This document shows, one piece after another, positions 11,384 through 23,092 of a DNA stretch of 64,000 nt. The position numbers and the translations under genes are program-made. The DNA is from Moniliella sp. 'wahieum'. Lineage: Eukaryota. The notes below the pieces were generated by a model. The model was not told where the DNA came from. It saw nothing but the letters and a program-made list of their open reading frames with translations, and did not search any database. The stretch is taken from assembly GCA_003971905.1 (NCBI GenBank), contig RSEE01000078.1, forward strand, positions 124,001 through 188,000, read 5' to 3'. Numbering within the stretch: the first letter of the stretch is position 1; the number at the start of each line of letters is the position of its first letter.

Positions 11384-12284
11384 TCATCGAGCGGTCGAAC
11401 CTCCTCGAGATCGATGCCGACAGTGTAGGAAGCGAGGTCCGTGTCTGGCTCCAAATCTCCCGTTTTCGTTGCGCTTAGCGGCAAAGAAAGTGTAGGAGAG
11501 AATGACCTCAGTCATATCTCGGCATGTTGGGTCGTCCAGCACATCCCGATCAATGAAGAAGAAGACGGGAAGGTCCACCTCCTCCCCCGCAAGAAGGCGC
11601 TGCTGTTCGAAGCAGAAACATTCTACCTTGGCAAAGTATGGTGCCACCTATCCACACATGTGTCAGTCAGTCAGGCAAGGAGAAATGGGGAGTGAGACGT
11701 ACGCGATCAGGAGCAACGTTGTAGGTGGCGATACCTACGATATCTTCTTAGAGTGGTTCTGGCCCGGAAGAAAGCGAGTGCCGTCTCGCCTGGGAGGATG
11801 AAGAGTTCCTTGGTCGAAGGGGTGAAGGCCCAGGGAGGTCGTCCGAAGTATCTGAGGTAAAGCGGACGCGGATCCTCCGCCGTGCGACACCGGAGCCAGG
11901 GACATTGGAAATGACGCCTTCGGGTCATACTGAGCCGGCACAAGACGGGAAAGGGGAGAAGCGGCCTTCCTCGTCGTCGCCGGCGATGGGGGTGCCGCCG
12001 TATCCGGTGGCCGAGCAGAAGGCCCGGTAGAAGGGCACCGCTGCGTAGCTTAGCCCAAACGCAAGGATAAATGTGGCAGACGAATAGAGGAACATGTTCT
12101 TGTTGCGCAGGCTGGCACGTTCCCGTTGCGACTCGTACGTTGCACGCACCACATCTTCCGGGGTGAGCTTGGAGCGGGCGGAGTAGGCATGCGAGATACC
12201 ACGAGCCGGCGCCACGCGTGCCATGTGTCCACGTAGGCTGCCTGCCACATGTCGGGCACCGAGGAAACGCCCCAGCATGCTCAT
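11384..12284 (-). CDS. COX11: Cytochrome c oxidase copper chaperone Cox11
   Basis: GLSYAAVPFYRAFCSATGYGGTP, PGETALAFF, APYFAKVECFCFEQQRLLAGEEVDLPVFFFID; mitochondrial-type N-terminus; intron near 11648-11703. 3' end approximate. Confidence 0.95.
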
Positions 12285-12469
12285 AGCGAAATGGGGATGG
12301 GTGGTGGTGGGTCGCTACCAGAGATCTATGTCAGCTATGGCTTCCTTCAGAGCTTCACCAGAACGTGGCCTGGGATGCCGGAAGCTCGATGATCAATGGA
12401 TGATAATTGAGCCGACTAACGCAGGCTGATCCGCTGGTCCTTCGGTCAGCGGCCAGAATATTGAAAGTA

Positions 12470-14777
12470 TCAATCGTGGATCCACCCCGATGTGCACCAC
12501 CAGCGGCGCTGCCTACCCCCATAGACCGTCCGGCCATCGAGCAGGGTGAGCACGACTTGGGCGCCTTCCGGCGTCACGTTCACATCCATAACGTCACGAT
12601 CCACAACCACAATGTCGGCACGGCTCCGGGCCGGAGCACGCCCCGCCACGACTCGGCAAATTCAGCGTAGGCCGCGTCGCGCGTAAAGGCCGCGAGGGCT
12701 TCGGCCCTGGACATGGTAGAATGTGCATGCCACTGATCGCCCTTGGTTGTGGGCCGTGTGGTGGCCGCAACAAAGCCACGCAACACATCCGGGTCCTCAA
12801 CCGGTACATCCGACCCAAATGCGATCCGTCCGCCCAAGGCAAGGATGGGGTGCCAGGCATATGCCCCCTGCGCCGCTCGAGTCCGATACGCGAAACAAGA
12901 TACGCCTTGTCGGAGGCATAGTGCAAGGGCTGCATTGACGCAATCACGCCCTGAGTGCCAAAACGGGGCAGATCCTCTACCCGAAGCAGTTGGGCATGCT
13001 CCATCCGATGACGCATACGCTTTCCCCTTCCTTGTGGGAAGAGCTGTGAATGCGCATCGAGAACCAACGAGTTGCACTTATCGCCAATGCAGTGAGGGTT
13101 GACTTGGAATCCGCGGTCGCTCCAGTGCTCGATAGTCGACTTGATCTCCTTCTCTGGGATTAGAAGCATCCCACTCGCCTCAGGCTTCGAAGCGTCTGGG
13201 TAATCCTCATACGGCTGCCACATGGCTGCGCCCCAGCTTCCCAGGGCACCATCGCCAAACAACTTGACTGCCCGCACAGCCAGCCGTCCGCCTCGTTCGG
13301 AAGATAAGGGCTGAATCGACTCACAGGACAGATTGCTGCTTTTGGCATTGAAATTGGCTGCAGAGGGAAGAGGGCACTCGATCATGCTATACACCCGCAA
13401 GGGCAAACCCACTGATGCATCTTGAGATAGAAGAAATGCCACAGAATCGAGCGTTGTGGCCGCGTCCCCGACAGATGTAATGCCTTGTGCAAGAAGACGT
13501 TCCGATGACGCACGGAGAAAGGTGGCGCGCTGCGCATCGGTCCAAGGCGGCAAGGCAGCGTAGACAATTTCCATAGCCTTGTCGACAAACACGCCCGTTG
13601 GATCCCCATTAGCGTCCCGCATGATCAACCCGCCTGGAATGTCGGTCCCAGCGGGGGGCAGAGCGCCGGCCTGAGCAAGCAGATCCAGCACAGCTTTGCT
13701 CACCCAGACTGCATGCACATCCACCCTCCGCAACACGATCTTTTTCCCCCCAGGTCGGGTGTAGCAAGGTCCTTCCATGTGGGGAACAGTGCCGGAGACC
13801 AGAGCGTCTGGTCCCATCCCAACCCCTCGATCCACTCGGAAGGCGAAGAGCGAGCATGTTCCTCGATGCGTTGAGCAATGCAAGATGTGGAAGTGCACCC
13901 GTTCAGCTTAGCTGCCGTAAGGGACCATCCATAATCCAGAAGATGAACGTGGGCATCGTGGAAGCCAGGGTAGGCCGCGTGGCCAGGAGGAAGGACGTGG
14001 AGAGGGGTCCCTTTCTTGTGGCGTTCTCTTGCTTCTGAATGGGAGGTATTGACCTACAGTACCATTCGCGAGGATAACACAGTCGACGGGAGCGGCCTCG
14101 CGGAGCAGACCCAACTGCACCCTGCGGGGTCCAAGGGCGGAGTAGCGCTCCCTCTGCGCCTCTGCCAAGGCGGGTGAAAGAGTGTAAATTCTTGGTCCCT
14201 TCACCGCCTCTGGGGCGGGGAGTAGGAATGGGCTCAAGAACCCATGCAGTGACAGAGAAGATTCGTCCCCCCATGCAGTCGGGAGTGCGGCAAGCCAGGG
14301 CAACGCCTTCTCCCACCACCGCAGCTCTTGGGCACGGATGCCATGGTACACCCATGTTTCGTCGTCGGAAGCAAAGCGGGAATGATGATGTGATGGTGAG
14401 CATAGAATGGCTTCCTCTTCCTGGAGGTCAATGTGCTGGAGAGGAGGCGAGAGCCAGAGGCGCAAAGCCGAATGTGGATGGGCTAGCATACGTCCCACGC
14501 CCCATAGCGCCGGGAGGGTGATCAGACCAAGCCAGATCAGAGAAAAGTATGTCACTGTTGTGGGCCCCCACAGAGGTCCATGACGAGGCCGTGGACGGTG
14601 GCGTGCTACCTCAGAGCGTGGGGCAGGGCGGCGGACCATGTCCTTTTTCTCGTTCGCGGGCGGAGGAATAGACGGAGGACTAGAAGCCTCCCCTGTCGCT
14701 GGAGGGTTGGCAAGCAACGTCTGCTCCATTTCGGCTGCAGCTCCGGACCCCTGCGGTAAAAGGTCGGGAGTGGACAT
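12470..14777 (-). CDS. Amidohydrolase family 3 (YtcJ-like) metallohydrolase with N-terminal TM anchor
   Basis: PGFHDAHVH, RVDVHAVWVS, GDPTGVFVDKAM, VKLFGDGALGSWGAAM, HCIGDKCN, RHRMEHAQ, FGSDVPVE, AFTRDAAYAEF; hydrophobic segment FSLIWLGLITLPALW. Frameshifted. Confidence 0.9.
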
Positions 14778-14842
14778 AGGATACCGGTGCACTGACAATG
14801 ATAATGGCGATGGTGCTGGTGTTGGTACTGTTGCTGGCGAGG

Positions 14843-14886
14843 GCGATGGCGATGGCGATGGCGATGGCGATGGAGATGGAGATGGC
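14843..14886. repeat. (GATGGC)n hexamer microsatellite
   Basis: About 7 units just upstream of the amidohydrolase ATG. Confidence 0.85.
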
Positions 14887-15342
14887 AATGTTCGCAGCTG
14901 TCTGACCTTTCTCCTGGGGGCTGAGCCGCGGAGCGTCAGCCAGCAGCCAGATACTAGAATCTCAGATCTCGGAGCTGCTACAAGCACGGCAATGGTCCCA
15001 GAACATTTCACTTGGCATATTCGCCCATCCCAAACTCCAAGGCATGTCCCAAATTCAACGTTCAACCAAACGTTAAGTTCAACTTGAGCTCAATGTTACC
15101 TCATCAACAACTCTTGTGGCCGCCTTTTTGGGTCTTCCGGCGTTCTGTCCCTAGTATCACTAGTCACTAGTAGTCACTAGAGTCACTAGTAGTAGCGATC
15201 ACTTCTATGGCTTAACGTTTACAAAGTAGGCCAGCGAATCAATCAGGTGCAAGGCTATGAGGAACGACGGAGACAATCCACAGCCCCTCGGGTGTAACAA
15301 TTCAATACCACAAGCCTATCCTGTTCCGAAATAGCCCCACAA

Positions 15343-16343
15343 TCAGAACAAGTCGTCCATACCAACAGGGATGGTCACAGTCTCGCCTGGCTTAAACACC
15401 GGGAGTCCCAAGAAAGGGCAAGAGGAGCAGCGGAAGGCGTCCCCTAGAGAGCACGAACCACATGACGAGGTAGCTCCCTTGGTCTCCACACGGATTCGCT
15501 TCACTTTTTGAGCCGCCCATCGGCTCCGGTCACTGTTTCGATAGTCTCGGTCCGTACCGCCGTACCTGGTGTTGGAGCAGGCAGGCCCTGCTCTTCCGCA
15601 AGCATGACAACGGCGCCTTGTTGAGCCTGCTCTCCTCAAGCTCACGCAAACCACAAGTGCAACCCTTGCATGCGCGTTTCCTCCTCGGGCCCGTGGAAGT
15701 GAGAGAGAAACCTGGCTGAAGCGGAGCGCAGTGTCCCCCCTTGCGGCGCGAAGGGTTGATTTTGTCGGCAGCGGTCAATAGGCTCTCGGGATCCACTGTA
15801 GTCGAATGAGGAGAGGTGGCCCAAAGAGACTTTTTGCCAGATTTGGTGCGGCGAAAAGAACGGGCCACAGGAGCGGCCGGGGTGGCCGCCTGAACCTTCC
15901 TACTTCGGATTGAGCCGTGCTCGATCGCAATTTCGGACAAGCCCGTCAACAACAGTTCTCCCCGTACCCGCTTGGCCAATGTCTCGTCCCACGTGCCAGC
16001 TGCAACCACTTTGAGTGGCGCATTTTCTACAAGTGCCGCGTGCACAGCCGTCAAGAGCGGGCGAGTTCGTTTCTTCACAATCTGAGCCAAGGGCATCACC
16101 AGAACCGCCTCGTCATAACTCGATGGGGAGAGGTCGGCGCCTAAACGCTGAGGGTCAGTATTTCTCCAGCATACGGTGAAGGCAGAAACACACACCTCCA
16201 TCAGTGATGCGGTCAGACATGTACATCTCAATCCTGCGTCCAAGGGCAGAGAGCTCCTCGACGACGCGCTGGTACGTGCCATCAGCCGCAGCCGTGAGCG
16301 TGCTGACGACCAAGACGGAAGGAGTGTTTGTCGCAGCGGGCAT
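15343..16343 (-). CDS. DRE2: Fe-S cluster assembly protein Dre2 (anamorsin)
   Basis: [11 protein letters not shown] and [31 protein letters not shown] motifs; start [13 protein letters not shown]; short intron near 16150-16195. Confidence 0.95.
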
Positions 16344-17084
16344 GGTCAATATTTGATGGTAGAGGGAGAATGATGGTGGTGGTGAGAAGGAGCGGGGAGG
16401 TTGATCGTATGCCAAAGATGTACGGGCTGATTAGGCGTCTTTAGTACCCTCCCGAAGAAACCCGCCCAAGTTGACAGTACAACATTGATACGATATAGAT
16501 GATCGGGGATCAATTGTCGGTGATGGGACGAGTGTGGCGCTTGGCGTCGCACATGGGTGGGCCTGCCAGTGAGGCCCAAGAGGTGGGGGGGAAGCGGCCG
16601 TCGCCGGGAGGTGAATATGGCGAATTCTGAGCCTCGGGCCCTCAGGAACTTCACTAGTCGGTGCTTCTCACCGGTTATCGTTATCTCAGTCATCAACCGT
16701 GATGGTGTAAAAAACCCCAACACTGCCCTTTCGCCAGGGGAGAGGGTGCGATAGGGTTCATTAATCATTAGTAATTGCTATGCAAATTCAGATTCTGATA
16801 TCTGTGTGCCACCTTGAATGGAGCCACGGCGGCAGGCACTACCTCCCCACTCTGTAGTTTCGCCTCTATGCAAGTACTATAGGGACTGCCTCCATCGGAA
16901 AAGAGAGATGGCGTTCACGAGGGTGAGTCAAACGTTGCATGTTGAACGTTGATCGTTCAGTATATTCCATTGCAGAGCAAACACCACGACAATCAGCATC
17001 GGTGGGTGGACCCACTGGCCCATTAACAAACCAAAGGGAGAGGGGAACAGAAAAGGAAAAGGGATAATCGGGGGCGAAATGACC

Positions 17085-18491
17085 TTATTCGTTCCCTGTC
17101 GGGTCTCCTCCGGTCAAAGAAATCTTCCACTCGCCCGAGCTGTCGTCGTCGCAACTGGAGCCTGAGATAGAAGCGTGGTCGCTTCCATCCGACTCATCCG
17201 ACCCATCGCAGTCTCCGTCATCCGAATCCTGGGACTCCGAACCGTCATCATCACAATCCTCCTCACTGTCGTCGCCCGAATCGCCCTCGTCGCAATCGTC
17301 CTCCGCATCAGAGGGAGAGTTCGCTTTCGCTTCCTCAGCATGTGCACGGGGGAGTACGTTGATCGGGGTCAAACTGGCCTCCGGCGCTGAGAGCGAAGAA
17401 GAGACGTGTACGGGGGAGGAGGAAACAGACTTGCTCTCACTTGCTGTCGGTGTAGCCTTGGGCAGGGATGAGCCTTGTGCGCTGGCGGGGATGGAGGTGG
17501 GTAGCGGGATAATGGTCGATTTGGAGGGGTGCTTCAGGCTGGTACTGGAACCGGGAGATGAAGATGCAGAACCATGGAACGGATGAAAGTACATGATCGC
17601 CCCAGTGGCACTGCTCTCCTCCAGAGTTTGGGAAGCAGATGCGCTACCCTCCAGGGAACTACTCCCCAGGGGTTGGGGAGCAGATGCACTACCCTCCCGC
17701 ACACTGGGGTAGACCAAGTGGGAGACAGGAGAGTAGGAAAATGTCTGACTCACCCCGTCTTGGACAGTTGTGGAAGAGGGGTGGCAAGCTTCCAGGGTGA
17801 AAGAGTAGAGCGCCGTAGTAACCGGGGAAAAGAGGGGGGCCAGAGGCCATGAGCTGGGTGTGTATGACGCACACAGCTTTGTGCCCCCGTAGCTCACTTG
17901 AACTTGCACCTCTTTTACTGTTGCCTTGGGTACCACTTTGGCCTTGTGATGGACCGAGCTGGCGTGCGCAGACGAGAGAGAAGTCTTGGTGTTGTTTCCG
18001 ACAGGGACCAGGTGAACATGTGCCGCGTCCGAGTGAGTGTCACTGGACCAGCCAAGAATCAGATCGCCCAACGGATTGCCCTTGAGATGCTCCGAGTTAG
18101 ACTGAGGGAGCCGATATCCAGCGCATGGCCCAAGATCTGCACCGGCGCGACGAGAGACAAGTGACCCTTCTCTACCGTTCCCTGAGACGGCGACGGTGAC
18201 GAAGAGGAGGCCGTGGGGGGGTCGACAGAGGCTGATGCATGAGGAGCCGAAGTGGACTTAATCGGATCCGGACGGGGGAGGAACGTAGCAGAGGCGACCG
18301 GATGGAGCGGAAGGGAGCGCGAGATCTTGGGTTGGGTGCTAAGTACCCATCCCGAGGACCCTGAACCCTGGAGTCCCTGCTGAATACCCTCTCGGGTGGT
18401 CGTAGGAGGTGTCCAGGGCTGCACGTGGGATGGGGTACGCCGAGCCAATGGCCGCCAGGGCCAGGGCAAGGAGGAGGGGGGCTTTGACCAT
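17085..18491 (-). CDS. Predicted secreted Ser/Pro-rich protein with acidic Cys-containing tail
   Basis: Signal-peptide-like MVKAPLLLALALAAIGSAYP; Ser-rich stalk; segment LCASY..FTLEAC..SQTFSYSP; tail DDCDEG..EDCDDD..DCDG..SCDDD. Two frameshifts needed to join the frames. Confidence 0.7.
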
Positions 18492-19399
18492 AGTGGGGAC
18501 GGGAGGAGCGCAGAGAACAGGGGGAAACTCGCCAGGAGTAGGGTTCACCAGGAACCAGGTGGAGGTAGAGGAGGGTGGAGGGGGGCTAGGCCAGCTAGCA
18601 GGGGGGAGATGGTGGGGGTGGGTGGTGGGTTGTAGGTGGTGGGTGGGCATCCGGCTGACGGCGGTTGCTGCTGAGGACTTTTATGTTGGAGCTCAGTTGC
18701 CCTAGCATCTACTTGTCTATGCGCGGTGCACGGAGAGGGCAGCACGGGGGAAGTGTCGGTGGAGCTACCATATGAAATTCCGCTCGGCTGCAGTTTCCAC
18801 GTGGCGGCCGCTCGATCGAAGAAAGCCTAACCCCTAAGCCTAACCGGCAACCCGGTAACCGGCAACCCTGAGACCCCGCAGGGGCCCGAGGGACAGCACT
18901 GCAGCAGCCACGGCAGATCAGCCATTGGTGTATATCACCGATCGATGTTGATTGATATTGATCGATCTGATCACAGATCTCAGACCGGCAGGGGGGGGGA
19001 CCGCCTGGCACAGTCCCGCGCTGGTACGCCAGCAAGAACACAGACGCCGCTTGGCATCGTCAGCGAATCGGCAGCAACCAAAGCCATGCGCTGGTACCCG
19101 GGTGGTGGTGGTGGTGGCGGGCGGGGCAACCTTACCGTTCGTGCCCACCATCCACACTCGATTGGTGCTCGCTGTAGAGACGAAGAGAGGTCATGTTTTT
19201 TTTGTCGCGTTGACTGACAGCAGAAACGATGAGTGTGTAAGACTTACATTCCACCGCATGTCCATGTCACCGCCTTCTGTGGAGAGGAGAGCATGGCCCC
19301 TTTCCTTTCCTTCATTGATATACATACTGGCCAGCGTCATGCACAAGGGACCTCCCTCACATGCACCTATGTATAGCGCTAGGCCATATGCTCCCGCAC

Positions 19400-22323
19400 T
19401 CCAGGTTTAGCGTATCAGATCCTTTGAATGGAGGGAAGGTGAACGTTGTCTTCATTGAGAACTCTTCCTTGAAGCGAGTGAGGGGAGCACATATCAAAAG
19501 GTTATCCAAAAAATGACCGGGCGTATATGAATTGGGACACGTGCACAGCGAAAAAAAGAGGGGAGAGAGGACGCAAATTTGTTGGAGTATACCATGGGAG
19601 GCCAACACAACTCACATTCGGGAAGCCCACATCTACCCAAAACAGCGGCTCATGTAGAACCAGGAGTGAATGGGACAAGAGAGGGAGAGGTGAGAGAGGG
19701 GGATTACAGAGAGGCCAATGCCCACCGACGAGAGGGATGAAGCGCGACGCGTTCAATGTGGCCGAGCTCGACTTCATTTCCCACATCCTCCTCGCCGCGT
19801 TCTGCATAGGACAGCTCCTTGTAGTGGTGCCAATTGGCTTTTCTGGTCGGTTGGAACCGATGTAGGTCTCGCAGGGCCTCGAGTTCTCGTGAGCTCGGGC
19901 CTGGGCTCATCTGCAGCGATGGCAACTTCCTGCCTGGCAGCATCGGTACGAGCGGCGATAGTGTCAAGCGCCTCTGCCATGCCGGCCTGATGATTGTCTG
20001 GTTTGCTCAGGTTTGAATCCCTTGAACGAGGCGAGGGTAGGTCTGCTGCATTTTTCGATTTTGTTTTCGCAACGCTTTGAGCGCAAGGCGTTTTTGTTCG
20101 AGTGGGCCGACAGTTCTGCGTCGTAGACTCGCCCTACAGACCCAATCTTTCCTGCCGTTTCAAAGGCAACCAAAAGAATGAGAAGGCATGCGTGAATAGC
20201 GAGGTAGTGGATCGTCTGCCAGTCATCCTTGATGGGCAAAAGAACAAAGATAATTGCAACCACGATGCGGGAGAGAATTCGGGTGTGCCGTGAGAGTAAG
20301 GGTGTTCCCCATTGGTCCAGAGAGGAGTGAATGGCCCCCAAGAGCGCGATGCACAACGAGAGACGGCGAGAGCGCCCGAATAATACCAGGTCACCCCCTG
20401 CGGCACGGTCCGGTTGGGGATGAGCTGAGTCAGCGTGGAGCTCATCACAATCAAGGAGACGGCCAATCTGGGTAGGATGAGTCAATCAGAGTACAGTTAG
20501 TCTTGTTACAGTTGAACCAATAACCAAATTGAGAGACGGGGAGAAACGTACGGGAAGTGGATAGTGGTGTACAAGGTGGATGTGAAGTAATGCCGTCTCA
20601 GAGCGTGAACAAAAGTGCGGGTGGCATCGGCGTCAAAGTAGACGAAGCAAAGGAAAAAGGAGACAATAACCGCAAGGCAGGCTCGTCCAAACCTTCGGTT
20701 CCATCCAGCAGCCTCGTGGCCACCATCGAAAAAGCCGTGGTAGGTGGTGTTCATGATTACCTCCCCCGTGATGACCAAAATGAGAAGCGTCAAGCGTTCC
20801 ATAATATGCTCAATGTTGATGGGGAATGTAGAACGTTCGTTCCCGCTTGCTGCCCCAATGGGGAGTGTTTTTGACCGAAGATGATAAGATATCGCACATT
20901 AATGTCAACCATAAAGCCAACAAGACACATGGCCATCACAGCTTTGGTATTAGTAGTGAAGAGAAGCGGGAGGAAGAATGAGGAGGTATAGACAGTGATC
21001 AACTGGGTCCACATTTTAGCATTTAAGAAGCACCAGTAGAGCAGAGAGGAAGGGCGCGTACTGATTGGAGCCAGAGGGCAAACCTAAAGTTGCGCAGTTG
21101 ACACCCCCAAGCAAAGAGAAGGATGACCTTGAATAACCGGGAGACTAACCAAAACGACATGGCGGCTTGAATGGACGTGTGCCATCCTTCGTTGAAATAT
21201 AGGGTCCAATGAGATCAGCATGGAGGTCCAGTTTGATCTCTTCTTCTGGAGCCTCCTCTTCTGCAAGCAACACTCTTCTTCCCAAGCCCATGACGGCACG
21301 TTTGACCGTGCGGACAGCCTCCTCCACCCCTTCCGTTGCTTCGTTAGGAAAATGGCCAATGTGCAAGTCACGCACATTGGAGATGTAGGCAATGATCTCA
21401 TCATCATGAACAGTAGAACGCCACGCTGATATATATCGTCCGTGCCAAACTGGTTGACAATCTTTTGTTGGTCCAGCCAAATGACCCAGGCGAGATAGAT
21501 CTCAAACGTCAGCAGTGCGACCGTCCATGCAGAGGGTGTCGATTCAGCCAAGTTTTCAGCTGCTGCATGGGCCAAGCCAGCAAAAACAAGATCAAAAACG
21601 AGTTCAAATCGAGACGTCTCGCGCTCATGGACCTCTCCGTAGTAACTGTCGGCCACTTGGGAGTTAGGCATTTTTCTCGTATATAAACGCCTAGGCGAAG
21701 GGTGAGAGGGACGTACTATCGGCCATGGATCCACTGACGGATGAGGGAGGTTTGACCAAATGACGCCAGGTGAGGGGGATATGAGGTCCCATGGGCGCAA
21801 CATATTTGTCCGTCTTACCGGTGTGGACAAAGTCGAAAATGTGTTCCATCTTCACCTCCTCGGCGGTGAGTTTGGACGGGATGGGATGGAGGCCATTGGC
21901 ATCTGAGCTGGCACCTTTCTCCTCCTGGGGCAAGGAGTCATCCAATGGTGTGTTACTAACCCACTCCCTCTTCCTGCTGGAGGGGAGCATTGGGGCTAGC
22001 GGGGCTGCTGGCATCATGTTGCTCCAGCTCGGTCACGAGCGGGTTCTGGGGGCTGGAAGTGTGGCGGCGGTGAAGCCAAAGAGGCGTTCCTCGTCTTCAG
22101 ATTCTGAGTCGGAAGAGGAAGAGGAAGAAGAAGACGAACTGTCGATAGGGTTGAGAACATGTCCGATGGCCCGCGCGTTACGGCGGACCGAGGCACGCAA
22201 ATGAGGCCACCTCCGGGCGAAGAGGCATGTGCAACAGAGGACGTTTGAGCATCAGTCTGAGCAGGTATGTGGTGGTGGTACTGGCGTAGACACGGGATGA
22301 GGCTGAACTTCGGGGTCGGACAT
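19400..22323 (-). CDS. Low temperature requirement A (LtrA)-family membrane protein
   Basis: ETSRFELVFDLVFAGLAH, NQFGTDDIYQR and ERLTLLILVITGEVI match LtrA consensus motifs; multiple TM segments and introns. Both ends approximate. Confidence 0.8.
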
Positions 22324-23092
22324 GACGATGGTGGTGGCAGCGGGAGTGCAGGCTATGCCACCGGAAGGCATGACATGGAGGGTGTGCGTTGCATCGTGCC
22401 AGGGGCACAGGACAACGGCAGGCTTGGCAGCGCCACATCTGCATTATTGGAGAAAAAGCGCCATGGGGGGGAGTGTTTCGGTGCAGACTGGGACCGGAAG
22501 ACGATAGGTGAGAACGGCAAAGCTTATATATGCCATTCGTCCCTCCGGTGGCCCTTGCCCCGCCACCCGCGAGGCGCGCCAAGCCTTAACAATTTCAGAA
22601 GCAACTGTTGTACTGATGCACTTGTTGGGGCCAACTGTTGATCGAGATGATCGGCGAGGGAGATGAGGCATCCCTTGGCATCCTGTTGACGCATGCTGGT
22701 GGTCGAGTTGCCACACGAACGCCCCACCAGTACCGCCCGCTTGTGGGTTAGCAGTCAGTAGTCACTAGTCAGTAGTACTCTACTGTGTGGGTACACAAAC
22801 TATAGGGGTTCTGCCTGCGCGGCGTTGAGACATGATGGGTCCCACCAGACACTAACGCTTCTCACGATCTCATGCTAAGTAGCAAGCCACCCCCAGGGTC
22901 AGCCTAGAGCTGGCGTGCACTTGCGAACATGCATGTGGATGAGGCACCAGTCACTGGTAGACCAGAACCACATTGGATCCACTGTGGAAAATAGACATAT
23001 GTATTGCCCGTTGCTTGGAGGTATTATACTTTTTGGCGGAGCAGGCGGAGGAACAGCTTCAAGTTCAGCGTTCAGCCTAAGCGTTCAGCGGT

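Noticed and set aside
15150..15196. ACTAGT repeats as a CRISPR-like array
   Set aside because: Units are 7-10 bp with no unique spacers, in a eukaryotic genome.
11384..16343. COX11, amidohydrolase and DRE2 as a metal-cofactor gene cluster
   Set aside because: Different compartments and pathways; adjacency alone is not evidence.
16699..16798. GTGATGG..CTGA as a second box C/D snoRNA
   Set aside because: Box C is imperfect, with no D'/C' pair, terminal stem or intron context.
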